This document shows positions 52,321-64,000 of a DNA stretch of 64,000 nucleotides, piece by piece. Source of the stretch: Octopus vulgaris (taxonomy: Eukaryota); assembly GCA_951406725.2 (NCBI GenBank), contig OX597838.1:31496001-31560000 (forward strand), read 5' to 3'. The notes below the pieces were generated by a model. It was not told where the DNA came from. It saw only the letters and a program-made list of their open reading frames with translations, and did no database searches. Numbering within the stretch: the first letter of the stretch is position 1; each line of letters begins with the position of its first letter. A program made the translations under genes and the position numbers.

Positions 52321-53089
52321 ATGTATTTCACTTTTCATTTATGTATTTAATTTTTTTGAGGTGTTGAAATTTTGTTGCACTTTTGCAACCTGGTCTGGTC
52401 ACCGACACGTTTTCACTGTATGTTGTTGAAAATAAGATACTGGCAAGTTTTTATAAGCTTTGTTGGTTGTAGAATGTAGTGTGTGTGAATGTATGTGTTT
52501 ATTTTTCTGTTCTCTGTTCTCTTCTGTCTCCCCCTCTCGTTCTTTTGTTTTCTCTTGTTTGTTTCTTAACGTAGTTACCTTCAGCTTCAAGTCTGACAGC
52601 TTAATATATATTCTGATGTGTTGATTAGGTTCTATTTTTTGTTGTTGTTGAACTTGTGGACCAGTGGGACTACTGTATTGTTGCTATTTGACCACTGAAG
52701 GTCAAATGTTTTATGTCTCAGCAATATTATTATGTATAGTAAACTGGTTTTGCAAGTAAGCCATTTAGTTTAATATTATGCAGGACAGAATATAGAATGA
52801 CAGTTTTCTAATTAAATAATTATTATATATATAGTGTCATGAATTAACTGAGATTTTAATGTAAATGTTACTAGAGGTTTTCTGTGTGATTTTAAAAGAT
52901 TTTCTGCTGAAACCTCTGTTTTTAACTCTTTCAAATTTAGAGAAGTGAAAGCAAAATTTTAATATACATCAAAGTGATTTAGAGTAAAGCTAATGTCTAA
53001 TTTGGTTAATTTAGCATCACCAAATTTAAAGCCCTAAACATTAGAAAGGTAATTTGAAATAATTATGTGATGAGGAAAAGACAATGTTA

Positions 53090-53306
53090 TGTTTTACTTG
53101 TTTGTCATTTTTGACAGTGGCCATGCTGGGGCGCTGCCTTAAAGGGTTTTAGTTGGAAAAATCACCGCCAGGACTTATCTTTTAAAGCCTGGTATTTATT
53201 CTATTGGTTCTCTTTTACTGAACTGCTAAGTTATGGGGATGTAAACACACCAACACTGGTTGCTGAACAGTGAAGGAGGAGGACTAATACAGATACAAAG
53301 ACATGC

Positions 53307-53370
<64 letters not shown>

Positions 53371-53545
53371 ATGTATGTGTGTCATATATATGATGGGCTT
53401 CTTTCAGTTTCTGTTTATCATATCCACTCACAAGGCTTTAGTTGGCCTGAAGCTATAGTAGAAGACCCTTGTCCAAGGTGCCACACAGTAGGACTGAACC
53501 CCATACCATGTGGTTGAGAAGCAAGTGTCTTACGACACAGCCATG
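53090..53545 (-). mobile_element. Family A SINE
   Basis: Complete diverged reverse copy. Confidence 0.85.
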
Positions 53546-53954
53546 ATTTTAATTATTAGGAGACAAACTGAGGTATGTCTTTGGTGGTGTAACCAGGGTT
53601 TTGGCTTCTCTGTACTGTAGCCATATTTGCTGCCTCTTTGACTACAGCTAACACACACATATATAAAGTGGCTGCCCTGTGGAGTTTGCACATGCCCCAT
53701 ATGCCATGCTCTTTCATTGCATGTCTTGCTTTCATTAACTCTACTTAGTAAATCATGAAACTTCACTGTGTATTTCAAAATCTTACCATTTATATCAAGG
53801 ATAGATTGTTGGAATATAAATTGATGCCAGAAAATGAAAGGCAAAGTTTTCCTCAGTAGGATTAAAATCCTGCTGCAACTGAACATTGCAAGGCATTTTT
53901 TCCAATAGTCTATTTCTTTTGGCTTACCACTGAACCTGTAACAAGAAAATCACG

Positions 53955-54031
53955 GAGTAGATGCTCATTATTGTAATATACTGAGCAGATGCACATTATT
54001 GTGAAATACTGAGTAGATGCACATTATTGTG
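53955..54031. repeat. 28-bp minisatellite, ~2.8 copies
   Basis: GAGTAGATGCACATTATTGTGAAATACT units. Confidence 0.85.
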
Positions 54032-54371
54032 CACTAATACAGAGAGTTTTCTGTAATTTATACCTCTTCACTATCTCACTGAGCAAACTATGGTCTTGAA
54101 AGAGCTAAATGAATTTATACTTGTAATATCTAGATACAGTGGCCATAAGGTTAAAGGTTACTGAACTAGTTTGGTCATTAAGTTCATTCAATTTCTATTA
54201 CAAGACAGAGTGATTGTCTTTGTCTCAATATCTCAGTATATCTGCTTGGAAATAATACTTCTGTTAGTCAGGTATATGAACAAATAAGCAATATCACCCC
54301 AATTATTTGTATTTTACAAAAAAATCTCCAACTCCTGGATGCAAAACAAATTAAAACCATTAAAAAATGAT

Positions 54372-54597
54372 TTAACTCTTTTGTATTTAAACCGGCTGTA
54401 TCTGGCCAAAATATTGTTTCCGTTTTATGTTCAAACTGGATAGATCCAACCTATCACACCTGCCCTACAATGTCATTCTAAAAATAAACAGTCATATCCT
54501 CGTAATTCCAAATCTATGAAATAATACGATTAATTCAGAGAAATGTGAATAAATAAGCTTTATATTTAACAGAATAATCTGAATGCTAAAAGGTTAA
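54372..54597. mobile_element. piggyBac-like MITE (second copy in opposite orientation at ~48033-48260)
   Basis: TTAA at both ends; termini TTAACTCTTTTGTATT / AATGCTAAAAGGTTAA; internal homology with 48033-48260. Confidence 0.65.
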
Positions 54598-57321
54598 AGA
54601 TTGTGTAAGTAGAAGTTATGATGGTTTTAAGTTGCTGCTGATTTCAAATAATGTTGGTATTTGCTTAATTGTAGACACAACTGGGAAGATCATGTCTTGT
54701 CATGTCAACTACCTATCTTGATAGGAGGAATTTTTTTTCAAGTATCTTTGTACTTTCATTCCATTTAGTAAATATACATTAATCTTGTTTACTTTGCTCT
54801 AGTTACAGATAAAAGATAATACAAGAAATAACCTTTGTATTTCTTTGTTATCTATTTTGCTCTGTTATTTGAAGGTTTGTCTCTCACTATGAAAGTTAGA
54901 TTGATTCCTCTTGATACAGAAATTTCAGATATATTTACACCTGTCACATTTACTCCTCTTGGAATCTGAAGCTTTGCACTTACCTGGAAAACTATTCCGG
55001 TTCTTGTATACTTTTTCTATAAAACACAAATGTTATGACATTATAACTAGGTAGATTTCGAAACATATGTCACACACAAGGAGAAGCCATTAAATAATTA
55101 AGACATATTTATGTCCAATAGGGCAGTTACACAGTGCATATATGCACTGGGACCCTGTAGGCTGCAATGATATTTGTGTGTGTTTATTTCAAGCTTGATA
55201 TAGAAGTAGAGGGGCTGAAGCTGATCAAGGAACATTGGACAGTATGTCTTATCACTATAGTTTGGAATTGTTATTAAAAGGACCACTGTTAACAAGAGCT
55301 AATCTTTTGTACGATAGCAAAAGAAGGAGTGTTATCTTCTTAGTAAACTGTTCAACAATGGTGCAGTGAATGATGATAGCAAGGATAGATAATAGCAGCT
55401 TGGTAGAATGACGATAATAAAAATGTGAATGGTGGTAATGATAGCAAGAGGCAATCTAAATATTCTTGAAACCACATTTGATGTTAAGATGAAGGAAACT
55501 GTAGACACAGCACAGAACAATTGCTTCATTTAATAGGTCAACTGAAGAATTTTTATTTTTATTTTTATTGAACTCCTGTCTGCTGGCATTGATTGACAAA
55601 ACTATACTTTGGTACTTTAGGCTAGTTCTGATGTAGGTTGTGAATCAATGAAGGCTAATGAGTTCATCTGGAGGTACATGTGTCTGTCTCTCTCTAATAC
55701 CACACTCACATGTATAGTGCTTTTAAGCTCTTTGTACATATGTATGTGTATGTGTGTATATACATGTATATATATGTATACTTGTGTATGTCTATGTTTG
55801 TGTGTGTGCATGCATATGCTTGTGTGTGTGTGTGCATCCTTATGCATGTGTGTGTGTGTGTGCATGCTTATGCATGTGTGTGTGTGTGTGTGCACTGAAA
55901 TACTTGTGTGTGTGTGTGTGTGTGTGTGTGCATATGCAAGCTTGTGAGTGTATGTATGTGTGTGTCTGTATAGAAGGAAACCTGAAGACAACTGGCATGC
56001 TGGTTGGAATTCTATAATTAAGATAGCAAGTTATCATATAGTTGTCTTTGAAATTCAGTTGTAATTGGCAGACATTAGTGGTTGACATATTCCATTTATA
56101 GAATATAACAGTTCTTTGCTATAAATAGCCAGGAATGAAATGGCAAGTGATTCAGTTGGAGCAAATCTATTTTATATCTCATTTTAAATGTTGCTTACAC
56201 AATATTGAAAGTCAGTCTCATTGTTCAACAAAAGACTTGCTTCTCCTTACTGTAAACAGTATGAAACATGTGCTGCAAATATAGTCTCTTCATAAATATT
56301 TATTATTTAAGCTTTAGTTATTCATGGTGAAGTAGCAATATATAGAGATTAGTTTAGGTGCTACACTACTGGCACCTATAATAGTTCATGAGCTTATGTG
56401 TATTTCACTATCAGACTTATTTGCCTCCTGCCCTTAGGCTATCCACACATCATTCTAATTATCTTGGCGTATTTAATAGAAAAACGTGTACTACTTCCTA
56501 CATCACAATTGATTTGTTGGTGGTATAAAGATCAGCGAACCTAAAAAATAACTGCTTTGACAATATACATAAATAGGTAAAAGAGAAAAATAAATTAAAT
56601 AATCCTGCTTTTATCAGCATCAGAAAGAAAATGGATATACATATATTAAAACAGACACTTTTCCAGTAGTGACTCCATTTTATATTATTAAAATAATGTT
56701 TCATTATTTCAAATACAAAAGCCGAAACTGTTCCTTAATTCATTATTGACTAAGCACTACTGGTGTGTGTGTATATCACTTTCGCTTCTATTCATATGGA
56801 GATTAAATCTCTGATACAGAAATTGCATTAGATTACATATACTCTAAAGAAACATTTCCTGATAATATATAGAAATTTAGGTCATTGATTGAGTGCTGTT
56901 TTATGTCAGGTTTATTTTAGCCTTTTTCCATTTTTTAAAAATAATATTTTTGTATCTATTGTTCTTTATGCTGTCTCAGATTAGAAGCTTCTATAAATTT
57001 AGAGAAATACAACTAATACCTTGACACTTAATTCATTTGAACTTCCTTTTATCCTATGTAAATACACCTGTTTGTACTTTGTACAACAAGTCCTACAATG
57101 CGTGGACCAGATACTTTGTAAAAGATATCTCCATTTTATTACAGTTTTGACTTTAAAATACCCACTTTCATCATCATCATCATCATCGTTTAGCGTCCGT
57201 TTAATAAATTAATAAATTTCTTACTCTTCCTTCTGTGTGTATAATTTGTGTATGTGTATATCTCATCATCATTTTTGCTTTACATTTTTTTCCATGTCAG
57301 TGCATGGATTCTATAGCTTGC

Positions 57322-57353
<32 letters not shown>

Positions 57354-60300
57354 TATATATATATATATCATATCATTTTTCACAGAATTCCCATGCTAGC
57401 ATGGGTTGGATGGGTTGTCATGATCTGAGTCAGTCTTTATTGTGAGCCACTGTTCTCATAGACTGGTGCTTGTGCGTTTTGTTTGGAGGGGTGTAGTGGG
57501 TGCATTTTCTGGTGGCACCAGTGCTAAAGAAGTTATGTTCTCTGCAGTACAAGATTAAAGGGTACTCTCAACCCCACACTTTCTCCACTCAATTGCCAAC
57601 TGCTTTATAGTTTATATGCATAATTTGGACACACATACTAAGCATATATACATTCACACATAAAATTGTTGCTTTAATGGGGGATTTCCACATTAAGTGA
57701 ATGATGGTGTAATGTTATTTGCCTATATATTATATATATATATATATGATGGCATGTTTCTAGATGAGTCTACACACACAAACATTAATTGCTAAGCGAC
57801 ATTGATCATGCATCAGAGTGCATACATATAAATTTTGCTATTATTGCATCTATTTGTTGCTTTCAGTAGGATGTATAATATATTGATTTTTTTTTGTTCG
57901 GTAAGGGATTTTTGAGTTGAGTTGATTTGAGTTTGTGTGTTGAAAAAGAAAAAAAGCAAAAAAAAAAAAAAAAAAGGATATTGTATCATGTGGTTTGAGT
58001 CATATTAGCTATATTAAATATAACATATGCTATCATATTCACTTGCTTTTTTTTCCACTTTATAATTATCAGTGGTATCAAGTCTCTCCTTGTACACATG
58101 TGATCTGTTTACTGATACTCCGCTGCATTCCTTGTCGAATGATGTATGACAAGACATTTTTCACAATTAACTATTAAAAAGAAATAAAGGCATGAACATA
58201 ATGACATGTGTATTTTAAACGGCCAAAATGGCTCACAGCAACATACAACATTAGTATATTGATTTCTTCATGAATGTTTTATGTGTTATATATACATGTG
58301 TGTCTGTGTGTGACACATTGCTATTGTGGCTCCAGTGTCTCTCATTGTATTTAGCAGTAATAATAGAAATGTTGAAAGTGGTGTTAGTTATTTGGCCCTA
58401 GGTCAGTCCTGATCGAGCTAACTATAATCAAATGCAGTCGAACCATGACCATCCCTTTTTACTGTACACAAGTAATTACAGTCCTATCTGTCTTTTTATC
58501 AAAGGCTAAAGCATATGATTTGAGGATATTTGGCTTCTGTTTGCAGCTAGTCGAGCAATTACATAGAGTCTCCCTCATGAGTTGCAGGATTGTAGCACAG
58601 CATTCAGTTTTGACCCTTTCCATTCTGTGCACATGTTCTGCCACGGTCACTTTGTAGTTAGTACTGTAGGTACTAGTAAAAATCATCGCTTTCTATCTCT
58701 TCGGTGTCAGTAATACAATTCTCTTTGTTTAACCCCAGGTTAGCTTTGATCATGTAGACCTGTGGTCATAGATCTTGCAAATGTGTTTGATCTAGTCCTG
58801 TTGTTCACTTTCTCCATCCATTTTTTTAAAGTAGTGGAGTGTAATCTGGGGTAGGTTTGGCTATTATTTCAATCTGATTTAGTGACCACATAAACACTTC
58901 TTCACTGGATTCTATATAAGTACCAGTAATATACTGAGGTGTTTCACTTGGCTGTACACCCAGTGTTATAAAACCAACAAAATTTGACCTTATACCTGTG
59001 CTGTATTTTTCTTTCTCATACATCAATAGCTGTTAGGAGTAGGGGTTGTATCTGAGTTGAGAGTGGCAGCATTACCCATGACCTTTGCAGGCCTTGCAGT
59101 AATGTTCAACCTGCATATCTGTACATCAGTGCATGAACCCCTCTAAGTCTTAACACTTATTTCACACTTTTCGTTTTCACAAGCTTATAATGTGTTAACT
59201 GTTACCATTACACTTCGCATGGTATTTTGACAACTTTATTAACATATTGATTTTCTTTAATTCTGCTTCCCCGCTCAATGGTTTTCTTTTATTTCCACCA
59301 ATATCACAGCTACTGCCTGTAGTTGTAGCTCCTCCATGTTGATTGCTGTGTTCTTTCACAATGTCTGAATCCATATTTAATCATGTTAACTGAGATTGCA
59401 TGCTAATGGATCAGTGTGTTGTTTGTGGGGGTGGAGTGGGGAGAGGTGTTACTCTACCCTGGTTCTAACTTCTTGCAGATGGTTGATCTGAAATATTGTA
59501 AAAGATAACATCTAAAATCCTTTTAAGTGTTTTCATGTTCAATATTTTTGTTTTAGTAGAAGACAAATAACCATAGGCCTTTGACAGCTTCTTTGTATTG
59601 GTTTCTATTGGTGACCATATATCTTGAACTGTTTTGATCTTGTTTAGCCCCAGGTCAAGGTCAACCTTGATTGAACAAGCCTACAATCAGTGGCGTTCCT
59701 ACTGTTAACATGCCATTATCCATTTTTTTCAAACCATGTATCTTATTTAAAATAATAGATGTGATTTGAAAGAGATTTAGTTGCTATTCCTAGCAAAACC
59801 AGGTGACCATATAATGACTCGTTTCTTATTGTAGGTAATAGTTTGGTACTACAGTTGCAAGAACATTCTGTATATTAATGTAGTGTTTGAGAGAATTTCT
59901 TATTCACTAGAGTCTTACATGAACTCAGCTTTGTGAAAAATATTTATATTCTCTCTAGCAATGGAATATTTAGTAAAACTGTCACTGTTTTTCTTATATT
60001 TTTTTATTTCATCTTCCATATTCCCATCTTATTTTTTCTATCACCAAATAGTTTTACATCTTTCATTTGTTGCTGTATTTAAGACTGAAATATTTTTGGT
60101 CATTTTTTTTCCAGTGGCCTACAAAAAAAAAAAAGGAAAAGAAAAAAAAATGACAAAAAATAAAATGTAAACCTTATTTTCTCTTATGTTAAATATGTGT
60201 TTTTTTTTTATATAATTTCTCTAAATATATTACTTGTAAATCATCTTGATCTGAGAATAACATGTGACAAATAGAACGACAGAGAAGTCAACTTTGCCTT

Positions 60301-61745
60301 TTGTCCTACGAGTACCAGTAATCTACTTTTCATGATGTCGTTGTCTACACACTTTAACAACTGATCTTGATCAAATGTAAACTGTAGAAGCAACTGAGAT
60401 AGTCAGATGATTTATGCTTTATGATGACACATGACATGTGACCAACCAGACTATCACATGGTGTTACACATTGCTGGTCACAATGTGCTTTGCATCATTC
60501 TAGACATCAAATGATGCCACCCTGCTGAATGGGCAAGCAGGCGAACATCTCCGTTGATTGAAAGGGGACTGGAGCAACCTGAAAAGAAGTGTTTTGCTCA
60601 AGAACACAATGTGCTGCCCGATCTGGGAATTGAACCCGTGATTGTGAGTGCAGTAGCCTAACCACTAGGCCATGTGCCTTCACATGCTTTATTATATAAG
60701 CTTTAATACTTCCTCAGTTTAAGTTCAAATCCTACTGCAGTCAGCTTTACCTTTTATCCCAATAGAGTTCATACTTCCTCTTCTTAGTAATTGTATGTAT
60801 TATGCTCCATTTTTATTTGTGTACCAAGTTCAGATCTCACTTTACCATTCATCTCTCTCTGCAGTCACTCAGTTGGCAAGTGGCATGCGTAAAGCAAAAT
60901 CATTGACAAAAATGCTTCCCTATGAATTTGTAACCTTGTACCAATATGAGAAATCAATATTATATAACTGGAAAAACATCTGTAAGCTATTTTGTATGTA
61001 TAACAAATGAAAACTCACCAGGTAGTTGTATACAAGTCTGAGACAATACGCTGTGATTAGTAGAAAATAGAATGATGTAATAATGCATTTTGGGAAATTT
61101 CCAGAAAAATCTGTATTTGGAGAAAATGATTAGTAGTCACCAAATGAGTTGTTCATTCTTTTACTCATTCAAACATTCATGCATTCATTCATTCTTTTAT
61201 TCCTGTATTCATTGAGTTATTCCTTCATTCATTAGCATAGTTATTGCCAGAAAGTTCTTTCTTTATTTACAGATTTATTATTGACATATCTATAATTACC
61301 ATCTGATTGTATTTTTTGTATTATTAGATAAAGAAAACGTTTGTAAGAGTGTGTGTGTTATTTGTATTCTGTTTATTATTTATTTAGAAAACAACTTAAA
61401 CAATTTTAAACAATTAGATACACCCAAGGAAACAAAGGTGGGTAATCTTAATGTATTGGAGCCTTTCTTTGGAGAAAGACAGGTCTTGTCTCAAATGTGA
61501 GAACTGTCTTCTCCTCTCACTGAAGACCAAACTTGCAACTTTCAAGATGTAAATAACCAACTGTAGAGATTATGCTTATTTCTGCTTCTCACAGAACACT
61601 GAAGTGAATCCTTTCATATTGTAAATAGCTAGTTGGGTGATAATTATTTCTGCTTTCCTGATGCTTTAAGCAAATGAGTTGAATTTTTCCAAAGGAGAAA
61701 CTAAATGCCGTTCTCTTGAATTATTGCTATAAGTATTAACTATTA

Positions 61746-62640
61746 CATCATCATCAAATCATCATTTAACGTCCATTGACCTTGCTGGCATGGGTTGCAC
61801 GGTTTGACTGGGGCTGGCAAGTTGGAAGGCTGCACCAGATTCCAGTCTGATTTGGTATGGTATCTACAGCTGGATGCCCTTCCTAATGCCAAACACACTA
61901 AAAGTGTAATGGGTGCTTTTATATGCCTCTGGCACAGGTGCCATTTGCATGAGATTGGTATCTGCCATGATTGCAATTTTGCTCAGCTTGATAGGTCTTC
62001 TCAAGCATGACATAATGCCAAAGCTCTGTCATTACCACCATGGGGCCCAACATTTGAAAGGAGCTCAGCTACTTTGTCTCCATTAGGCCCAACACTTGAA
62101 AAGTGCTTTTTACATGCCACCGGCACAGGTACCAGTTACGTGACACCAGCATTAGCCATGACTATAATTTCACTTGGCTTGTCAGGTCTTCTCAAGTACA
62201 GCATATTGCCAAGAGTCTTGGTCACTAGTCATTGCCTCTGTGAGGCCCAAAGTTTGAAGATCATGCTTCACCACCTTGTCCTATGTCTTCCTGGGTCTAC
62301 CTCTACCACAGGTTCCCTCCACAGTTAGAGATTTGTACTTCTTTACACAGCTGTCCTTGTCCATACACATCACATGATCATATCAGTGCATTTGTCTCTC
62401 TTGCACACCACATCTGATGCCTCTTATGCCTAACTTTTCTCTCAAAATGCTTACACTCTGTCGAACATGCACACTGACATTGCACATCCAGCAAAGCATA
62501 CTGGCTTCATTTCTTTCAAGTCGATGCATGTCCTCAGCTGTCACAGCCCATGTTTTATTGCTATGTGGCATAGCTGCTTGCACATGGGCATCATGCAATG
62601 TGCCTTTCCCTCTGAGGGAAAGGCCCTTTGTTGCCAGCAG
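61746..62640 (-). mobile_element. 5'-truncated RTE LINE: ORF C-terminus, 3' UTR and (GAT)n tail
   Basis: Peptide ..KTWAVTAEDMHRLERNEASMLCWMCNVS..LREKLGIRGI..YDHVMCMDKDSCVKK..VEGTCGRGRPRKT*..; the contiguous 3' UTR equals family C. Confidence 0.9.
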
Positions 62641-62877
62641 AACATTTTACATTGTTAAAAAAAAAAAGAAAAAGATGTCTTGTCATATTTGTTCTGGTTC
62701 TCTGTGTTTTGAGTTCATATCCTGCTGTGGTCAGCTTCAAACTTATTCTTCTGGGGTCAGTGAAATAAAGTACCGGTCAAATACTGAGTTGATGTTATTG
62801 ACTAACCCCTGCCACTCCCCATTGCCATACAATTTTTTAGGCCTTTAGCCTATATTAGAAATCCTTCTTATTATCAT

Positions 62878-63590
62878 AAAAGTGGTGAGCTGGAAGAATC
62901 ATTGGAGCATTGGACAAAATTCTTAGTGGCATTTCTTCCATCTCTTTACATTCTGAGTTCAAATACCAGAACATAAAGATCAACTTTGTCTTTCATCCTT
63001 TCAGGGTTGATAAAATAAAGCACCAGTCAAGTACTTCTTCCCCTGAAATTGCTGGCCTTGTGCCAAAATTAGACAGAATTATTATTATTATTATTATCAT
63101 TGAGACAAAGGATTTTTAAGGCAGTGAGTTGGCAGAAATGTTATGTTGGGAATGTTAGTTGGGCAATAATAATGATTTCAAATTTTGACACATGGCCAGC
63201 AGTTTTGAGGAGGGGTGAGTTGATTACACTCGCTTCCCTCCTCAGAGCTCAACTGGTACTTATTTTATCAACCCCAAGTGGAAAGTTAACCCTGGCATAA
63301 TTTGAGCTCAGAATGTAAAGACAGATGAAACGCTATAAAGCATCTTGCCTGGCATGCTAACGGTTCTGCCAACTTATCACCTTAGTTGCACGATAATAAT
63401 GCAAGGCATTTCTGTTGGAATGTACCATTTCTCATGCCTTGCTAATATAAACACACACAGACATATGTGATGGTTTTCTATAGTTTCACTCTGCCTATTT
63501 TCACTCACAGTGTGTTGATCAAACTCAAAGCTATAAGAAACTTGCTGAAAGTGCTGTGCAATGAGATTGAACACGGAGCCATATAGTTTC
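62878..63590. mobile_element. Cluster of old family B (+ and -) and family A (-) SINE remnants
   Basis: Diverged head and core motifs. Confidence 0.65.
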
Positions 63591-64000
63591 TATTTTGAAG
63601 TAGGTTTAACCAATAAAGGAGCTTTTGTGTGGTTGTTTGACATCACAGAATCTCTTCAATACATAGCACCTTAAACAAGGAAAGATACATTAGCTAATGT
63701 ATCTCTAAAAAGATGGGTTAGTAACCATATTTGCTGGTGTATAAGATGCACTCGCACATAAGACAAACCCCTACTTTTTATGGAAAAGAAGTATATTTTG
63801 TGGAAAAAAACAAATTTGTTTTAACATGCACTTGGCATCCCATCCATAATATTGTCACATTTGATGAATGGCGACTTTCTGTTATATTTAAGAAAGCTGC
63901 ATGTTTTATACAGTACAGTTCTAGTTTGAATAATTGGTTTGATTGTCAGGATTAAACAGTAACAATTAGAGGTAGTTAAATTTGGTCCTTAACAGTTGTG

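Overview
AT-rich, microsatellite-dense eukaryotic DNA that looks like an octopus (coleoid cephalopod) genome; this is inferred from the repeat families, not proven. Almost all six-frame ORFs are microsatellite or repeat artefacts. The window is mostly interspersed repeats: a CORE-type tRNA SINE, a Nin/Deu-type tRNA SINE, 5'-truncated RTE LINE 3' ends with (GAT)n tails, decayed mariner (DD34D) and maT-like transposons, several MITEs, a non-autonomous Helitron, and Penelope-like element (PLE) remnants. The most notable non-coding signal is a set of minimal type I hammerhead ribozyme motifs (2.6, 11.5, 20.9, 24.8 and 42.4-43.5 kb), often in foldback arrangements inside (TA)n tracts. One GIY-YIG Penelope copy carries a tRNA-like Pol III module directly upstream of its hammerhead. 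Two CpG-rich promoter-like zones suggest host transcription units. One at ~34.5-35.2 kb (+) has a first exon encoding an N-terminal hydrophobic anchor, followed by ~29 kb of CpG-depleted intron-like DNA. One at ~17.4-19.3 kb (-) may be a spliced lncRNA or small-ORF gene. No complete host protein-coding gene, rRNA, bona fide tRNA or CRISPR array could be supported. Repeat boundaries are read by eye and approximate unless a TIR or TSD is given.
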